From Candidatus Micrarchaeota archaeon (GTDB lineage: Archaea > Micrarchaeota > Micrarchaeia > Anstonellales > Bilamarchaeaceae): a stretch of DNA of 64,000 bases. The notes under the pieces were generated by a model that made no database searches, was not told where the DNA came from, and saw only the letters and a program-made list of their open reading frames with translations. Below are positions 38,147 to 48,283 of the stretch, piece after piece (positions within the stretch are counted from its first letter, which is position 1; each line of letters starts with the position of its first letter). The position numbers were made by a program, and so were the translations under genes. Location: assembly GCA_043821365.1 (NCBI GenBank), contig JBDRCX010000006.1:96001-160000 (forward strand). Reading direction: 5' to 3'.

Positions 38147-38845
38147 TTATTTGAGTGCCAGTCTTTTTTGTACAGATTCCCCCTTTAATTCTCTTAGAGC
38201 GTCATTTGAAATCCATTTAGCAGATTTTGTTTTTTGTTTATTAATTTTCTCAGCCAAAAGAATGGCTTTTTTATTCAAATTTTTGTTTCTTTTTCCAATC
38301 TGCCTTAACGCCCAATTCACTGCTTTTCTGACGAAATTTCTACTATCGAAAGAATACTTTTCAATAAAAGGTAGGAATCGTTCGAAATCAGCATCATTTG
38401 CTTTTTTATCATGAAATGCAAGTGCAGCCATCAAAGCAAATCCTGCCCTGCGGACAAATTCTTCTTCTCTTTCTGTCCACTCCACTGCTTTTTTATGTGC
38501 CGCCACAGTTTTGTCAAATAAATTCATACAGACCTGATCACAAACATCCCATGAATCAAAATCATTTACCCATTTTTCCATCTCTTTCTCAGTCAAAAGA
38601 GCAGGATCTGCTATCAGTCCTGCTAAAATTCTTGCCTCGTGTATTTCTGAATCCCAAAGTTCATTTGCCAGTTTGTGGTTTTTTCCTATTTGTTTACCTA
38701 GTTTTCTAAGAATAGGCATGGACACCCCTAAAGTATTAGTTGTACTTATACCAAAACGTGCCATCCCAGCAATGTTTTTGGGATTTGAATGAGATTTTAA
38801 TTTTGCAAGAACTGATTTACAATCAAAATTTTTGTGGGACACCAT
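38147..38845 (-). CDS. DNA alkylation repair protein (AlkD-like HEAT-fold glycosylase)
   Basis: GVSMPILRK, LWDSEIHEARILA, FDSWDVCD, FVRKAVNWALRQIGKRN. Confidence 0.9.
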   Translation of the reverse strand: MVSHKNFDCKSVLAKLKSHSNPKNIAGMARFGISTTNTLGVSMPILRKLGKQIGKNHKLANELWDSEIHEARILAGLIADPALLTEKEMEKWVNDFDSWDVCDQVCMNLFDKTVAAHKKAVEWTEREEEFVRRAGFALMAALAFHDKKANDADFERFLPFIEKYSFDSRNFVRKAVNWALRQIGKRNKNLNKKAILLAEKINKQKTKSAKWISNDALRELKGESVQKRLALK

Positions 38846-39500
38846 ATTGCTTCATATACTCCTGATACTTTTGGTATGTTTTTTCATTAACGTAGGTTTT
38901 CCCTTCAATATCTTTGCCATTAAGATAATTGAAGATATTTGAGATGTTTTCAATTGCATGAACTGGAACACTTGTTTCTTTCGTAAATTCAGATAGTGCA
39001 CTTTCCCGCTTACCAATCTCCATTCTATCAACTGCAATAACAATTCCAATAACATCTGCATTGAGAGCTTTTTGAAGTTTTTCTATTGCCTCAAATTTTG
39101 TGCCACCAGTAGTCATAACATCGTCAACAATCACCACTTTCTGACCAGTATCCATGTTCTGGCTTCCAACAAAAACACTGTTTGCATCTGCTCCGTGGAT
39201 CTTTTTTTCTTTTCTGTCAAAGAGCCATTTTTTCCTTGCACCAGAATTATGTAATGAAAGAGTAGTTGATATTGCAAGTGGAATTGCTTTATATGCAGGA
39301 CCAAAAATAACATCAAAATCATTTTTGAATGTCTCTGTTATTTTATTTGCATAATACTTGCCGAGTTCAGCAGTTACTGCACCATCACTAAGAACACCCA
39401 TATCAATGAAATATGGCGAAGACCTTCCACTCTTGAGAGTAAATTCACCAAACCTAATGGCATTATTCTTAGCTAAAAATTCTATGAATGAAGTATTCAG
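38823..39500 (-). CDS. pyrE: Orotate phosphoribosyltransferase (probable CTG start)
   Basis: FIEF...FGEFTLKSGRSSPYF lies in frame upstream of the first ATG (39401). Also FGPAYKAIP, RKEKKIHG and the PRPP motif VVIVDDVMTTG. Confidence 0.92.
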   Translation of the reverse strand: MNTSFIEFLAKNNAIRFGEFTLKSGRSSPYFIDMGVLSDGAVTAELGKYYANKITETFKNDFDVIFGPAYKAIPLAISTTLSLHNSGARKKWLFDRKEKKIHGADANSVFVGSQNMDTGQKVVIVDDVMTTGGTKFEAIEKLQKALNADVIGIVIAVDRMEIGKRESALSEFTKETSVPVHAIENISNIFNYLNGKDIEGKTYVNEKTYQKYQEYMKQYGVPQKF

Positions 39501-39553
39501 AAAATCACCAAATACTCTTCACCGTAATTGTTTTTTAACTTAGGTGAGATTGA

Positions 39554-40189
39554 ATGCTTATGAAAATCAAAAGCATACTGGCAATTATCATTATATTGGT
39601 GGGATTTACAGTCAGTGCATTTGTGTACAACAATACACCTGAAAAAATGATAATGAGATGGGGGTTTGATGGTGAACCAACTGCATATTGGACAAAGGAT
39701 TTTGGATTATTTTTCCTTCCAGTTTTAAGCATTGCTATTTTTGGTTTAATGACAATAATACCATCTTTAGACCCATTGAAAAAGAACATCACAAAATTTA
39801 ACAAAGAATATCAGAATTTTGTACTAATAGTTGTAGGTTTCATGGTATATTTGCATATTGGCACTATAGTAATGAATTTTACAAATGAATTTCAGATTGG
39901 CCAAATACTAGCTCCGGGATTTGCACTGCTTCTCTACAGTGTTGGAAATCTTTTAGAGAAGGCAAAGAGGAATTGGTTTATTGGAATAAGAACACCATGG
40001 ACATTAAGCAGTGATAGGGTTTGGAAAAAAACACATGAATTAGGTGCAACATTATTCAGAGGATGTGGGGTGGTATCATTACTTGGACTAGTTTTGCCTC
40101 AAGCATCTTTTTTCATCATAATTGTTCCTATTTTGATTGCCACAATAGTGCTTTTTGTTTATTCTTACTTAGAATTTAGAAAAAATTAG
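39554..40189 (+). CDS. SdpI/YhfL-family membrane protein with DUF1648-like N-terminus
   Basis: W..DGEP, NWFIGIRTPWTLSSDRVWKKTH; multiple TM helices. Confidence 0.88.
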   Translation: MLMKIKSILAIIIILVGFTVSAFVYNNTPEKMIMRWGFDGEPTAYWTKDFGLFFLPVLSIAIFGLMTIIPSLDPLKKNITKFNKEYQNFVLIVVGFMVYLHIGTIVMNFTNEFQIGQILAPGFALLLYSVGNLLEKAKRNWFIGIRTPWTLSSDRVWKKTHELGATLFRGCGVVSLLGLVLPQASFFIIIVPILIATIVLFVYSYLEFRKN

Positions 40190-40959
40190 CGTCCTTTGGC
40201 CCCCTCTCTCACTGCTTTGACCATTTCTTTTATTTTCGAAATGGAACTTTCTTTTTCAAATGCAGTACCAACTTGGATGATATCAGCACCAGCTTTAACT
40301 ATTGCTTTGGCCTGATCTGGTGTTTTGATTCCACCCGCAGTTATATATGGAATAGATATGGATGATTTTACTGCCTTAACCATATCCAATGGGACAGGAC
40401 CAATATTGGGATTGCTTCCTGCGTCAGTGATGAAGAATCTAAACCCCATATATTCTGCAGCCATACCAAATGCAGCTGCGATTTTTGGTTTGCTCCTGGG
40501 TAATCTTTTAGCATCCCCAACCCAGCCAACTGTGCCGCCTGGTTCAACAACAACATAGGCAATTGGCAATGGTTCGATTTTGTAATGCTTGACCATTGGA
40601 GCAGCAAGCATTTGTGCTTCGCTTATCCAATAGGTATTTCGAGAATTAAGCATAGACATGAAATAAACAGCATCAGCATATTTTGTCAATGTACCTATAT
40701 TGCCTGGAAAAAGAACAACTGGTTTTGAAACATTTTCTTTGATTGTTTTTGTAATTAGATCAAGATCTTCTCCTTGAACACCAGTACTTCCACCAATGAG
40801 AATTACATCTGCATCTGCTTCGTCAGCATTTTTAGCAGTTTTTAAGGCATCCTGTGGTGACTTATAATCCAAAGGATCAATAAGAGCAAAAAGGAGTCCT
40901 TTTTTTGATTCAAGTTCTTCGAGAATATGTTTTTCGATTTTTCCAATCATTTTAAGCAC
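40186..40959 (-). CDS. Geranylgeranylglyceryl phosphate synthase (GGGPS, group II-like)
   Basis: ALIDP, LIGGSTG, VVLFPG, FMSMLNSRN, YITAGGIKT, QVGTAFE. Confidence 0.92.
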   Translation of the reverse strand: MLKMIGKIEKHILEELESKKGLLFALIDPLDYKSPQDALKTAKNADEADADVILIGGSTGVQGEDLDLITKTIKENVSKPVVLFPGNIGTLTKYADAVYFMSMLNSRNTYWISEAQMLAAPMVKHYKIEPLPIAYVVVEPGGTVGWVGDAKRLPRSKPKIAAAFGMAAEYMGFRFFITDAGSNPNIGPVPLDMVKAVKSSISIPYITAGGIKTPDQAKAIVKAGADIIQVGTAFEKESSISKIKEMVKAVREGAKGR

Positions 40960-42022
40960 CCATGATTGATTTTAACATATGAACAACAATATTTGGATGT
41001 ATCATTTTTGTTGGTTTGTCCATATGCCCATTTTTTGATAGATAAACATCCATTTTCAGTCTTTTAAGCCTTTTGCCGAGAACAGAAAGCGATTCATCTG
41101 ACTGACTAGCAAGATATTCATGCAAGATTTTATGAATGGCAAGGTCTGTGCCAAATTTAAGTCTCCATTCATTTTCATACCTTTCGGGCTTTGTAATATT
41201 TTTGCCAATCAACGCAGCACAATTACCTCCAAAAATCACACCACCACCAGTAGTTGATTTGACTTGGCCAGCAGCATCGCCAACAAGTAGAATGTTTTTA
41301 TCATACATTTTTTTGGCTGTTTTTGAACGAGTTTCTAGTGGGATTATTGATCCGCTTGGTTTTGGTGCAGAATCTATTTTCATTAATTTGAGTAGATTTT
41401 TCCACCCGGTTATGGCACGGGATGGTGCTCCAACACCAACACCAAATTCTGCTTCTTCTTCATTATGTGGGATTATCCATGCAAAAAAACCTGGGAATTT
41501 TGAATTTGAAACAAATATTTCAACAGCATGTTTATCCTCGCACTTAAACTTTACATCTGCTTGAAGAGTGGCTGCAAATTTTTTTATTGAAGGAAAAGAA
41601 AAATGCCTTGCAACATGTGAAAATGGACCATCTGCACCCACAATATTATCAGTATGAAACCTTCCATTAACTTTCTCACCATAGTTTATTCTGGCTCCTT
41701 CAGATTCTGCATTAGATGCCAGGGATGAATCAAGAGTAGAACGGCTGCAGACATAGGCAACAGGAGTTTCACGACGAACAGAAAGGGTTGTACCGTTTAT
41801 GTGTATATTTGCTCCATTTATTTCGTTCATAATTGACATTCGATAATCAACAAAATTTTTTAGTGAGTCTAAACCGTCAATTGAAAATAGACCGGAACAG
41901 TTTTCTGGTAGGCCTGAGAGTTTATGATCCTCGGAAATAACAACATTGTGACCATGACGAATAGCACTTAATGCTGAAATGCAACCAGTTGGACCGGCAC
42001 CCACAATATGAACATCTGCCAT
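40952..42022 (-). CDS. Geranylgeranyl reductase family (DGGGPL reductase-like)
   Basis: IVGAGPTG FAD motif directly after ATG 42022, CSGL, GADG, GFFAWIIP, LVGDAAGQVK.TTGGG. Confidence 0.88.
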   Translation of the reverse strand: MADVHIVGAGPTGCISALSAIRHGHNVVISEDHKLSGLPENCSGLFSIDGLDSLKNFVDYRMSIMNEINGANIHINGTTLSVRRETPVAYVCSRSTLDSSLASNAESEGARINYGEKVNGRFHTDNIVGADGPFSHVARHFSFPSIKKFAATLQADVKFKCEDKHAVEIFVSNSKFPGFFAWIIPHNEEEAEFGVGVGAPSRAITGWKNLLKLMKIDSAPKPSGSIIPLETRSKTAKKMYDKNILLVGDAAGQVKSTTGGGVIFGGNCAALIGKNITKPERYENEWRLKFGTDLAIHKILHEYLASQSDESLSVLGKRLKRLKMDVYLSKNGHMDKPTKMIHPNIVVHMLKSIMGA

Positions 42023-42083
42023 TGGCAGATAAATAATAAGAAGATTTTTTAAACATAAAAAGAAAGATTGAATTTGATAAAAA

Positions 42084-43289
42084 ATGTACGAGATTTGTGG
42101 TGGCTGGGCAATTCTCCCCAATGGGATAAAAAAAGGAATATCTGTCGCAGTAGAAGGAGATAGGATAATTGATATTGGCAAAACAACGGAAATTAGAAAA
42201 AAATACAAATTTTCAAATTCCATAGGATCAGACAAGTATGTAATCTCACCTGGGTTTGTGGATAGTCATTTGCACAGTTTTCAAGTAGCAATGAGAAATA
42301 AACCAACCAACAAAGGACTTCTTCCATGGCTTAAAAAGTATATCTGGAAATGGGAGGGTGAGATGACCAAAAAAGATGCAGAAAAATGTGCAAGAATTAG
42401 TTATAAAGAATTAATAGAAAATGGAGTTACTTCATTTGTAGATTATACATCAGTGAGACACACTGATGAGGCATTTAAAGTTGCAAAGAAATTTGGTCTG
42501 CGCGCAACAATTGGAAAAACAATGATGGATAGGAACTCCCCTTCTGAATTAATTGAGGACACTGATCAGTCATTAATAGAAACAGAAAAATTAATCAAAA
42601 AATGGCATGGAAAAGAAAAAGGCCGCCTTAGGTATGCAGTAACTCCAAGATTCGGAATAACCTGTAGCGATGATCTTTTGATCGAAGCAATAAAATTATC
42701 AAAAAAATACAAAACAATGATCACAACACATGCACACGAGAACAAGGATGAGATGGATTTTGATAAGAAAAATTACAAAAAATCAGCCATAAAGCATTTT
42801 CACGATATTGGATTTCTAGGAGATAACACCATCCTCGCACATAGTATACATCTTAGTAATGATGAGATGAGAAGAATAGCAAAAACAAAAACAAAAATCT
42901 CCCACTGCCCAGGTTCAAATTTGGCATTGCGAAGTGGGTATGCACCAATACCAGAAATGAGAAAGCTCGGAATAGATATTGGGTTGGGGAGTGACGTTGC
43001 TGCATATAATAATTTCAGTCCATTTGACCAGATGAGATTGAGCATTAAGATACAAAAACTACGTGGAAAGAAATTAAACGAACACGATGCATACATGCTT
43101 GCAACTCTGGGAGGTGCGAATGCAATTGGACTGGGAACTGAAATAGGCAGCTTAGAAAAAGGAAAAAAAGCAGATATTGTTTTACTTGAAGTGGATAGTA
43201 GAGACACCATACCTTACATAGTTAGGTATGGGAAAAATAAAATGGTAAAGAAAGTAATTATAGATGGGAAATTAGTGCTTGACAAATAA
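42084..43289 (+). CDS. Amidohydrolase-family nucleoside/nucleobase deaminase (MTA/SAH or guanine deaminase-like)
   Basis: PGFVDSHLH, TPRF, HAHE, LAHSIH, HCPGSN, LGSD, GKKADIV. Confidence 0.88.
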   Translation: MYEICGGWAILPNGIKKGISVAVEGDRIIDIGKTTEIRKKYKFSNSIGSDKYVISPGFVDSHLHSFQVAMRNKPTNKGLLPWLKKYIWKWEGEMTKKDAEKCARISYKELIENGVTSFVDYTSVRHTDEAFKVAKKFGLRATIGKTMMDRNSPSELIEDTDQSLIETEKLIKKWHGKEKGRLRYAVTPRFGITCSDDLLIEAIKLSKKYKTMITTHAHENKDEMDFDKKNYKKSAIKHFHDIGFLGDNTILAHSIHLSNDEMRRIAKTKTKISHCPGSNLALRSGYAPIPEMRKLGIDIGLGSDVAAYNNFSPFDQMRLSIKIQKLRGKKLNEHDAYMLATLGGANAIGLGTEIGSLEKGKKADIVLLEVDSRDTIPYIVRYGKNKMVKKVIIDGKLVLDK

Positions 43290-44438
43290 GAATAATAATG
43301 CCAAAACAAAAACTGAGAGGCAAGTTTGAGGTTGCCAGTCTTCTTGTTCTTTTTTTATCTGGAATGTTGCACTAGCTTCTGCATCATTAAACACTCCAAT
43401 AACAGGCACGTTATAGACATAGTTATCATCAAAAAGTGAATCATCCAACTGTCTAGTTAGGATGATTTTTTCATTTGGGCCTAGAAGAAGAAGTTTTTCT
43501 TCCTGAGTATTGAGCATTGATGAAACAAATGTTCCATATGTATAGAATGGTCTGGTATTTGTTATTTCAAATAAAACTGTCCTATTTTCAAGATAGATGT
43601 CAAGCTCTATTCCTTTTGGATCCTCTGTTGCAAAATTTGTAGACACCTCATCCTCAACAGTGAGAGATGCCTTTGTATCCATCGTCAGTATGCTATCGAA
43701 TATAGATAACTGATCTTCACCATAGGCAATGGCAATATGAGTATTATCAAGTAATCCCACTTGATTAAATGTTGGATCAACAGGAAGCCAACCATATCCA
43801 GGAAGATAGACCTCCACCCATGCATGAGGTTGCCATGCGGTAGTAAAAACATAACCAGTAACATAACGTGCCTTAAAACCAAGTGTTTGAATCATTGACA
43901 TAAATAAATGAGAATATTCAACACAAACTCCGCGCCCCTCTGCAAAAACTTCCTTTGCAGTTTTAGACTTGCCCCAGTAAGTAAGATCGTATGTCAGATA
44001 GCTGTGTACCCATTCAGTCACGTCACGGATAGTTTTGAGTGATGATGAATTTGAAACTTTTGCTGCTTGATATGATATGCCATCGTTTGGTTCAGTAAGA
44101 TTTGTAAATATAATTATGTTTTTGGGTTGGGTTGTGTCTCCTGTTATATTTGCTTCATAATTGACATCAACTATTACTATTGCACTAAGTTTAGCATTGC
44201 CAGTCCCAGAATAATTTAACCAGATTGTACCATCATCATCAGTGTTTACACCCATCTCAGGATCTGTAATTACTGAAAGAACTTTCTGGTTGCTGTTATT
44301 TACAATTAGTGAACCATTAAACTCAAAAGGGCCAGTATTTATTATTGTCCAACTTCTTTCAACAACTTGTCTCGAAAGACCAAAATGAATTGCAAATGAA
44401 ATAGACAGAATAAATAAAAAAAGAAAACTAAGTTTCAT
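43272..44438 (-). CDS. Exported transglutaminase-like protein with C-terminal membrane anchor
   Basis: Triad GVCVEYS / PHAWVEV / VDPT; signal peptide and C-terminal hydrophobic tail. Confidence 0.88.
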   Translation of the reverse strand: MKLSFLFLFILSISFAIHFGLSRQVVERSWTIINTGPFEFNGSLIVNNSNQKVLSVITDPEMGVNTDDDGTIWLNYSGTGNAKLSAIVIVDVNYEANITGDTTQPKNIIIFTNLTEPNDGISYQAAKVSNSSSLKTIRDVTEWVHSYLTYDLTYWGKSKTAKEVFAEGRGVCVEYSHLFMSMIQTLGFKARYVTGYVFTTAWQPHAWVEVYLPGYGWLPVDPTFNQVGLLDNTHIAIAYGEDQLSIFDSILTMDTKASLTVEDEVSTNFATEDPKGIELDIYLENRTVLFEITNTRPFYTYGTFVSSMLNTQEEKLLLLGPNEKIILTRQLDDSLFDDNYVYNVPVIGVFNDAEASATFQIKKEQEDWQPQTCLSVFVLALLFLFVKH

Positions 44439-45736
44439 GGTTTATCCCGTAGTTTCAATACTCTATCTATTTTAGTATTGACAAATTCTTTTGTCCCTAT
44501 GTCTTTTCTGTGCCAAACAGGGCCAGACACATAATCGCATCCTTTTTCGGCTATTTTTTCCGCATCATCTAATGTTTTTGCTTTTCCTATAATCCCGAAT
44601 GCCCTTGACCCAGTAGTAAAGATCTTGCCTGTTGACTCATAAACAGATGCATAATATACTTGCGCTCCAGAAAGTTCAAGATTCTTAGAATCAACAGAAA
44701 CTTCTTTGTCTCTGAGAGGATTATCAGGATAACCTTCAGGAACAAGATATTTCACAACAGTGGAATTGGTTGAGAATTTTGCAGATGTTAATTGTCCCTC
44801 TGCCATTGATAGGAATATATTGCTAAGTGGGTCTTCAAGAAGAGAAAGAACATTCATTGCTTCTGGATCACCGAAACGTGCATTGAATTCTATAACTTTT
44901 GGTCCTTTTTTAGTGATTATAAATTGGCCATACAATACACCTTTGAAAGGCGCACCATCTTTTTTCAAAGCATATATAATTCCCTGCATTATTTTTTTTG
45001 CTATCTCAAGATCAGAGTTTGTCAAAAATGGAAGGAGATCCCCTGTTGAGTAACTACCCATACCACCAGTATTTGGACCTTTGTCTTGTTCAAATGCTCT
45101 TTTATGATCTTGTACAGGTGGCATAAACACCATCTTAGAACCATCACAAAATGCCTGGAAAGTAAATTCTTCCCCGATTAATTTTTCTTCAATAAGAGCA
45201 ATACCGTCTTTTTTTATCAGTGAATATGCGTATTCTGCACCATCTTGAATTTCAGTGAAATGGTCTCCAGTAACCTTAACTCCTTTTCCTCCAGTAAGGC
45301 CAAGAGGTTTTATTGCAACTGCATCATAATCTTTCAGTACACGCAGGGCATCTGATTCTGTTTTAACTAATTCATAGGCAGGAGAACCTTCGATACCATA
45401 CTTTTTCATAATATTGCGCATGTATGATTTGTCCCATTCTATCCTAGATGCTGCTTTTGAAGGCGAGGCAACAAGCATGCCAGTACTAGCTAATGCATCA
45501 CTAACACCAGCCGCAAGTGTTGCATCTGGACTGGAAAAACCAAGTTCAAATGAATGTCCGGATATGGCTTTAAGAACTGCATCTGGATTTTCAATATCAC
45601 ATATCCAGTATTCTTTAGAAAGTTGAGCGATTGCAGGGTTTTTTTTAGACATTACTGAGTATAGTTCGCAATCCTGAGCAAGTTTCTCTGCAATTGCATG
45701 TTCTCTAGCACCATTGCCTACAAGTAAAATTCTCAT
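44435..45736 (-). CDS. purD: Phosphoribosylamine--glycine ligase
   Basis: LLVGNGAREHAIA, GLTGGKGV, QDHKR..E.D.GPNTGGMG, EFNARFGDPE. Confidence 0.96.
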   Translation of the reverse strand: MRILLVGNGAREHAIAEKLAQDCELYSVMSKKNPAIAQLSKEYWICDIENPDAVLKAISGHSFELGFSSPDATLAAGVSDALASTGMLVASPSKAASRIEWDKSYMRNIMKKYGIEGSPAYELVKTESDALRVLKDYDAVAIKPLGLTGGKGVKVTGDHFTEIQDGAEYAYSLIKKDGIALIEEKLIGEEFTFQAFCDGSKMVFMPPVQDHKRAFEQDKGPNTGGMGSYSTGDLLPFLTNSDLEIAKKIMQGIIYALKKDGAPFKGVLYGQFIITKKGPKVIEFNARFGDPEAMNVLSLLEDPLSNIFLSMAEGQLTSAKFSTNSTVVKYLVPEGYPDNPLRDKEVSVDSKNLELSGAQVYYASVYESTGKIFTTGSRAFGIIGKAKTLDDAEKIAEKGCDYVSGPVWHRKDIGTKEFVNTKIDRVLKLRDKP

Positions 45737-45754
45737 ATAAAAACCTCACTGATG

Positions 45755-46030
45755 TTATCTAGATCCAAAAAGCTCAAAAAATGAATCTTTGAATGATTTT
45801 TTTAACGGTTTTTTGAGCAAATATGCCCGGGTTGTTGGGTATTGACGAGTAAGTTCAAAATTAAAAATATAATCGCTAAGTATGTTTGTTTGTAGTTTCT
45901 CCTCATGAATTATTTTAACTTTGGTTTTTCTTGGTCTTTTATAATGCACTGTTTTTTTTGGTTTTGTAATTTTTTTTTGTTTAATTGGTTTGGAGGATTT
46001 TTTTGTATTTTTTAATTTCTTTTTCTTCAC
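45755..46030 (-). CDS. Small Lys-rich basic protein
   Basis: GTG start overlapping the upstream TGA (GTGA coupling); very high Lys content. Confidence 0.55.
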   Translation of the reverse strand: MKKKKLKNTKKSSKPIKQKKITKPKKTVHYKRPRKTKVKIIHEEKLQTNILSDYIFNFELTRQYPTTRAYLLKKPLKKSFKDSFFELFGSR

Positions 46031-46731
46031 TCGAACCGCCTCTTGATATAGCCCTCTCGTATAAGCATGTTCAGACCTTCTTCAACCCTTGACACTGCAA
46101 CTGAATTCGCTTTGGAAAAGTCCCTAACATCAATTGTCCCCCCATGAACTTTTATCCAATTATACAATGACTCCTTGAGAAGATCGTCACTCATACCACT
46201 CATCTGGCTTAGTTTTTTCTGAAGTTCATCCCTTTTCCTTTCACATTCAAGTAAAAGTCTGGTATTGCCTTCTCCAGATCTTACTAGATCATCATATTTT
46301 GCAGACAAATCATCATATTTAGATTCAAGTTCTGTTAGTTCAGTAGAGAATTCCATTGCATCCCGATCAATGATCTTCGAAGTTTCTGATAGGGCTGCAG
46401 TAACATGAGAAAAGATGCTTGTTGGTTTTACATCATAATAATCCTCAGCAACTTGAAGAATATTTAGGAATGTAGGCATTAGATCTAGAAGTCTTGCAGT
46501 TTTTCCCCTATTTGCTGAATAACTATATAAAAATTCTATCTCTGCTGGTTTAAATTCAACTTTATATTCTAGATATGGTTTCCCCTGAAGGTCAGATCCT
46601 TTTATTTTTTCAACAGATAAAACATTTTTCAAAAATGATATTTTAGTAAAACCAAGACCGCTCAAAAGTGCAGCAAGGTGTTTGAGTTGTTTTTTCTGTT
46701 TTGCAATAACAATTATTTTTTCTTCAGACAT
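46027..46731 (-). CDS. Coiled-coil protein with C-terminal winged-helix-like domain
   Basis: Heptad region TELTELESKYDDLSAKYDDL; C-terminal GGTIDVRDFS...VEEGLNMLIREGYIKR. Overlaps the ATPase stop by 8 nt. Confidence 0.75.
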   Translation of the reverse strand: MSEEKIIVIAKQKKQLKHLAALLSGLGFTKISFLKNVLSVEKIKGSDLQGKPYLEYKVEFKPAEIEFLYSYSANRGKTARLLDLMPTFLNILQVAEDYYDVKPTSIFSHVTAALSETSKIIDRDAMEFSTELTELESKYDDLSAKYDDLVRSGEGNTRLLLECERKRDELQKKLSQMSGMSDDLLKESLYNWIKVHGGTIDVRDFSKANSVAVSRVEEGLNMLIREGYIKRRFE

Positions 46732-48214
46732 TGTCTTCCTCCAAAACGACGTTCACAACGCCTTTTGTTGCCTTTCTCATCCTCACTAATGAAAAGACTC
46801 TTATGAGGTTCTTTTCATCAATACCAAGCTGACGCAAGAAAGATATTATGGATGGTCTTGCATATCCAAATTTTTCTAAAACTGAAACAAGCTGTTCACC
46901 GTCAAGTAGCCCGTCGCCCTTTGAAAATTCATTTTTTATTAGATTAAGCTGGCCTTCATTAAGTCCAATCTCATAAAGCATCCTAACAAATTGTTCGCGT
47001 TCAATCTCAACAATCATATCCCCACCTTTAATTTTATATATAAGAAGTGGTTCTTCACCATCAATCTTTTCCATTAAAAATGTCATAACTTTTGACTGGC
47101 GTTCTGCGAATATCATATTAACTGCAGCATCACCAACACCGAACTTTGATATTTCGCCATCTATGAAATCAGAATAACCAATTGAACTCCTAACATAATC
47201 TCTGAATTCTTTGAGAATCATCCTAAGTACAAATACACTACCAATATTGCTGAATATTGTTTTGTGCATGTCAGTCGGATTCTGAGTGGCGATAACAAGT
47301 GAAAAATTATACTTACGCCCTTCCCGAACAATTGCAATAACATCACTACGTTCGTCCTGAGCTATCTTCCAGGCTTCATCAAGAACAACAAAAAGTTTCA
47401 CTTTTGTATTGTCTGATTGCATACCCTCTGCACGCATAAGCTCTTTGATATACTGAAGGATAGTCAAACCTGCAAGGCTTCTAACTTCCTCACTTGGGAG
47501 ACCATGAAGATCGATACAAACAAGACCGCTTGATGTTAGCTTTTTGAGGTCCATAGTAGATGTTCCTGCAAAAAAGTCAGTTCCTTCTGCAGTGAATCTT
47601 TTCAATAATCTTGCTGCTTTTTTCCTTCCAGAATGCTCAAGAACAGTAACAACATCAACAAGTGTTGGTTTTACCTTATTTGGGCCTCTATCAACCTTTG
47701 CTGATTTTGCATTCTTTTTGCTCCCATAATAAACTTTTTCCAAAGCTTCTTCTATCTCGTCCCTTTCATTTGGATAGCTTTTCAAATCAAGGAGAATATC
47801 TAAAGCAGAGATGATCTGTTTTATTCTGCTTCTTTTCGGAAGCCCGGCCAAATCAAGAATATTTAGTTTTTCCTTAGCTAGATTTATTGTATGTCCCCCA
47901 GCTTGTTTTACCCAGGGTTCATATTCACCAACCCAATCAAGAATTATGGCATTTGTATTCCATATAAGCGATGCTCTTGTTAGAAATGTTTTCACAGTAT
48001 AGCTCTTACCAGAACCAGTAATTCCAATTACTGCGATGTGAGGATTGATGAGTTTGCTTGGATCCCAAAAAACCGGAGTCCTTAGGAATCTTGTTTTGCC
48101 AATATACACACCATGAGAAGGAGTAGAAAGAAGAAGTTCTTTGCGAGGTTCTGGTGGATGAACCAGAATCATTTTTCTTGCAACTTCTTTTGATAGCATG
48201 TAGGATGGTTTCAT
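46724..48214 (-). CDS. VirB4/CedB/HerA-like P-loop ATPase
   Basis: NPHIAVIGITGSGKS (Walker A), ILDWVGEY, FVVLDEAW (Walker B), REGRKYNFSLVIATQ. ATG 48214 preferred. Confidence 0.9.
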   Translation of the reverse strand: MKPSYMLSKEVARKMILVHPPEPRKELLLSTPSHGVYIGKTRFLRTPVFWDPSKLINPHIAVIGITGSGKSYTVKTFLTRASLIWNTNAIILDWVGEYEPWVKQAGGHTINLAKEKLNILDLAGLPKRSRIKQIISALDILLDLKSYPNERDEIEEALEKVYYGSKKNAKSAKVDRGPNKVKPTLVDVVTVLEHSGRKKAARLLKRFTAEGTDFFAGTSTMDLKKLTSSGLVCIDLHGLPSEEVRSLAGLTILQYIKELMRAEGMQSDNTKVKLFVVLDEAWKIAQDERSDVIAIVREGRKYNFSLVIATQNPTDMHKTIFSNIGSVFVLRMILKEFRDYVRSSIGYSDFIDGEISKFGVGDAAVNMIFAERQSKVMTFLMEKIDGEEPLLIYKIKGGDMIVEIEREQFVRMLYEIGLNEGQLNLIKNEFSKGDGLLDGEQLVSVLEKFGYARPSIISFLRQLGIDEKNLIRVFSLVRMRKATKGVVNVVLEEDNV

Positions 48215-48283
48215 ATTAATGAGCTTCCTCCGGTGTACACATATTCGTAAGCTTACAGAATATATAAAGCTTAGCATCCGAGG

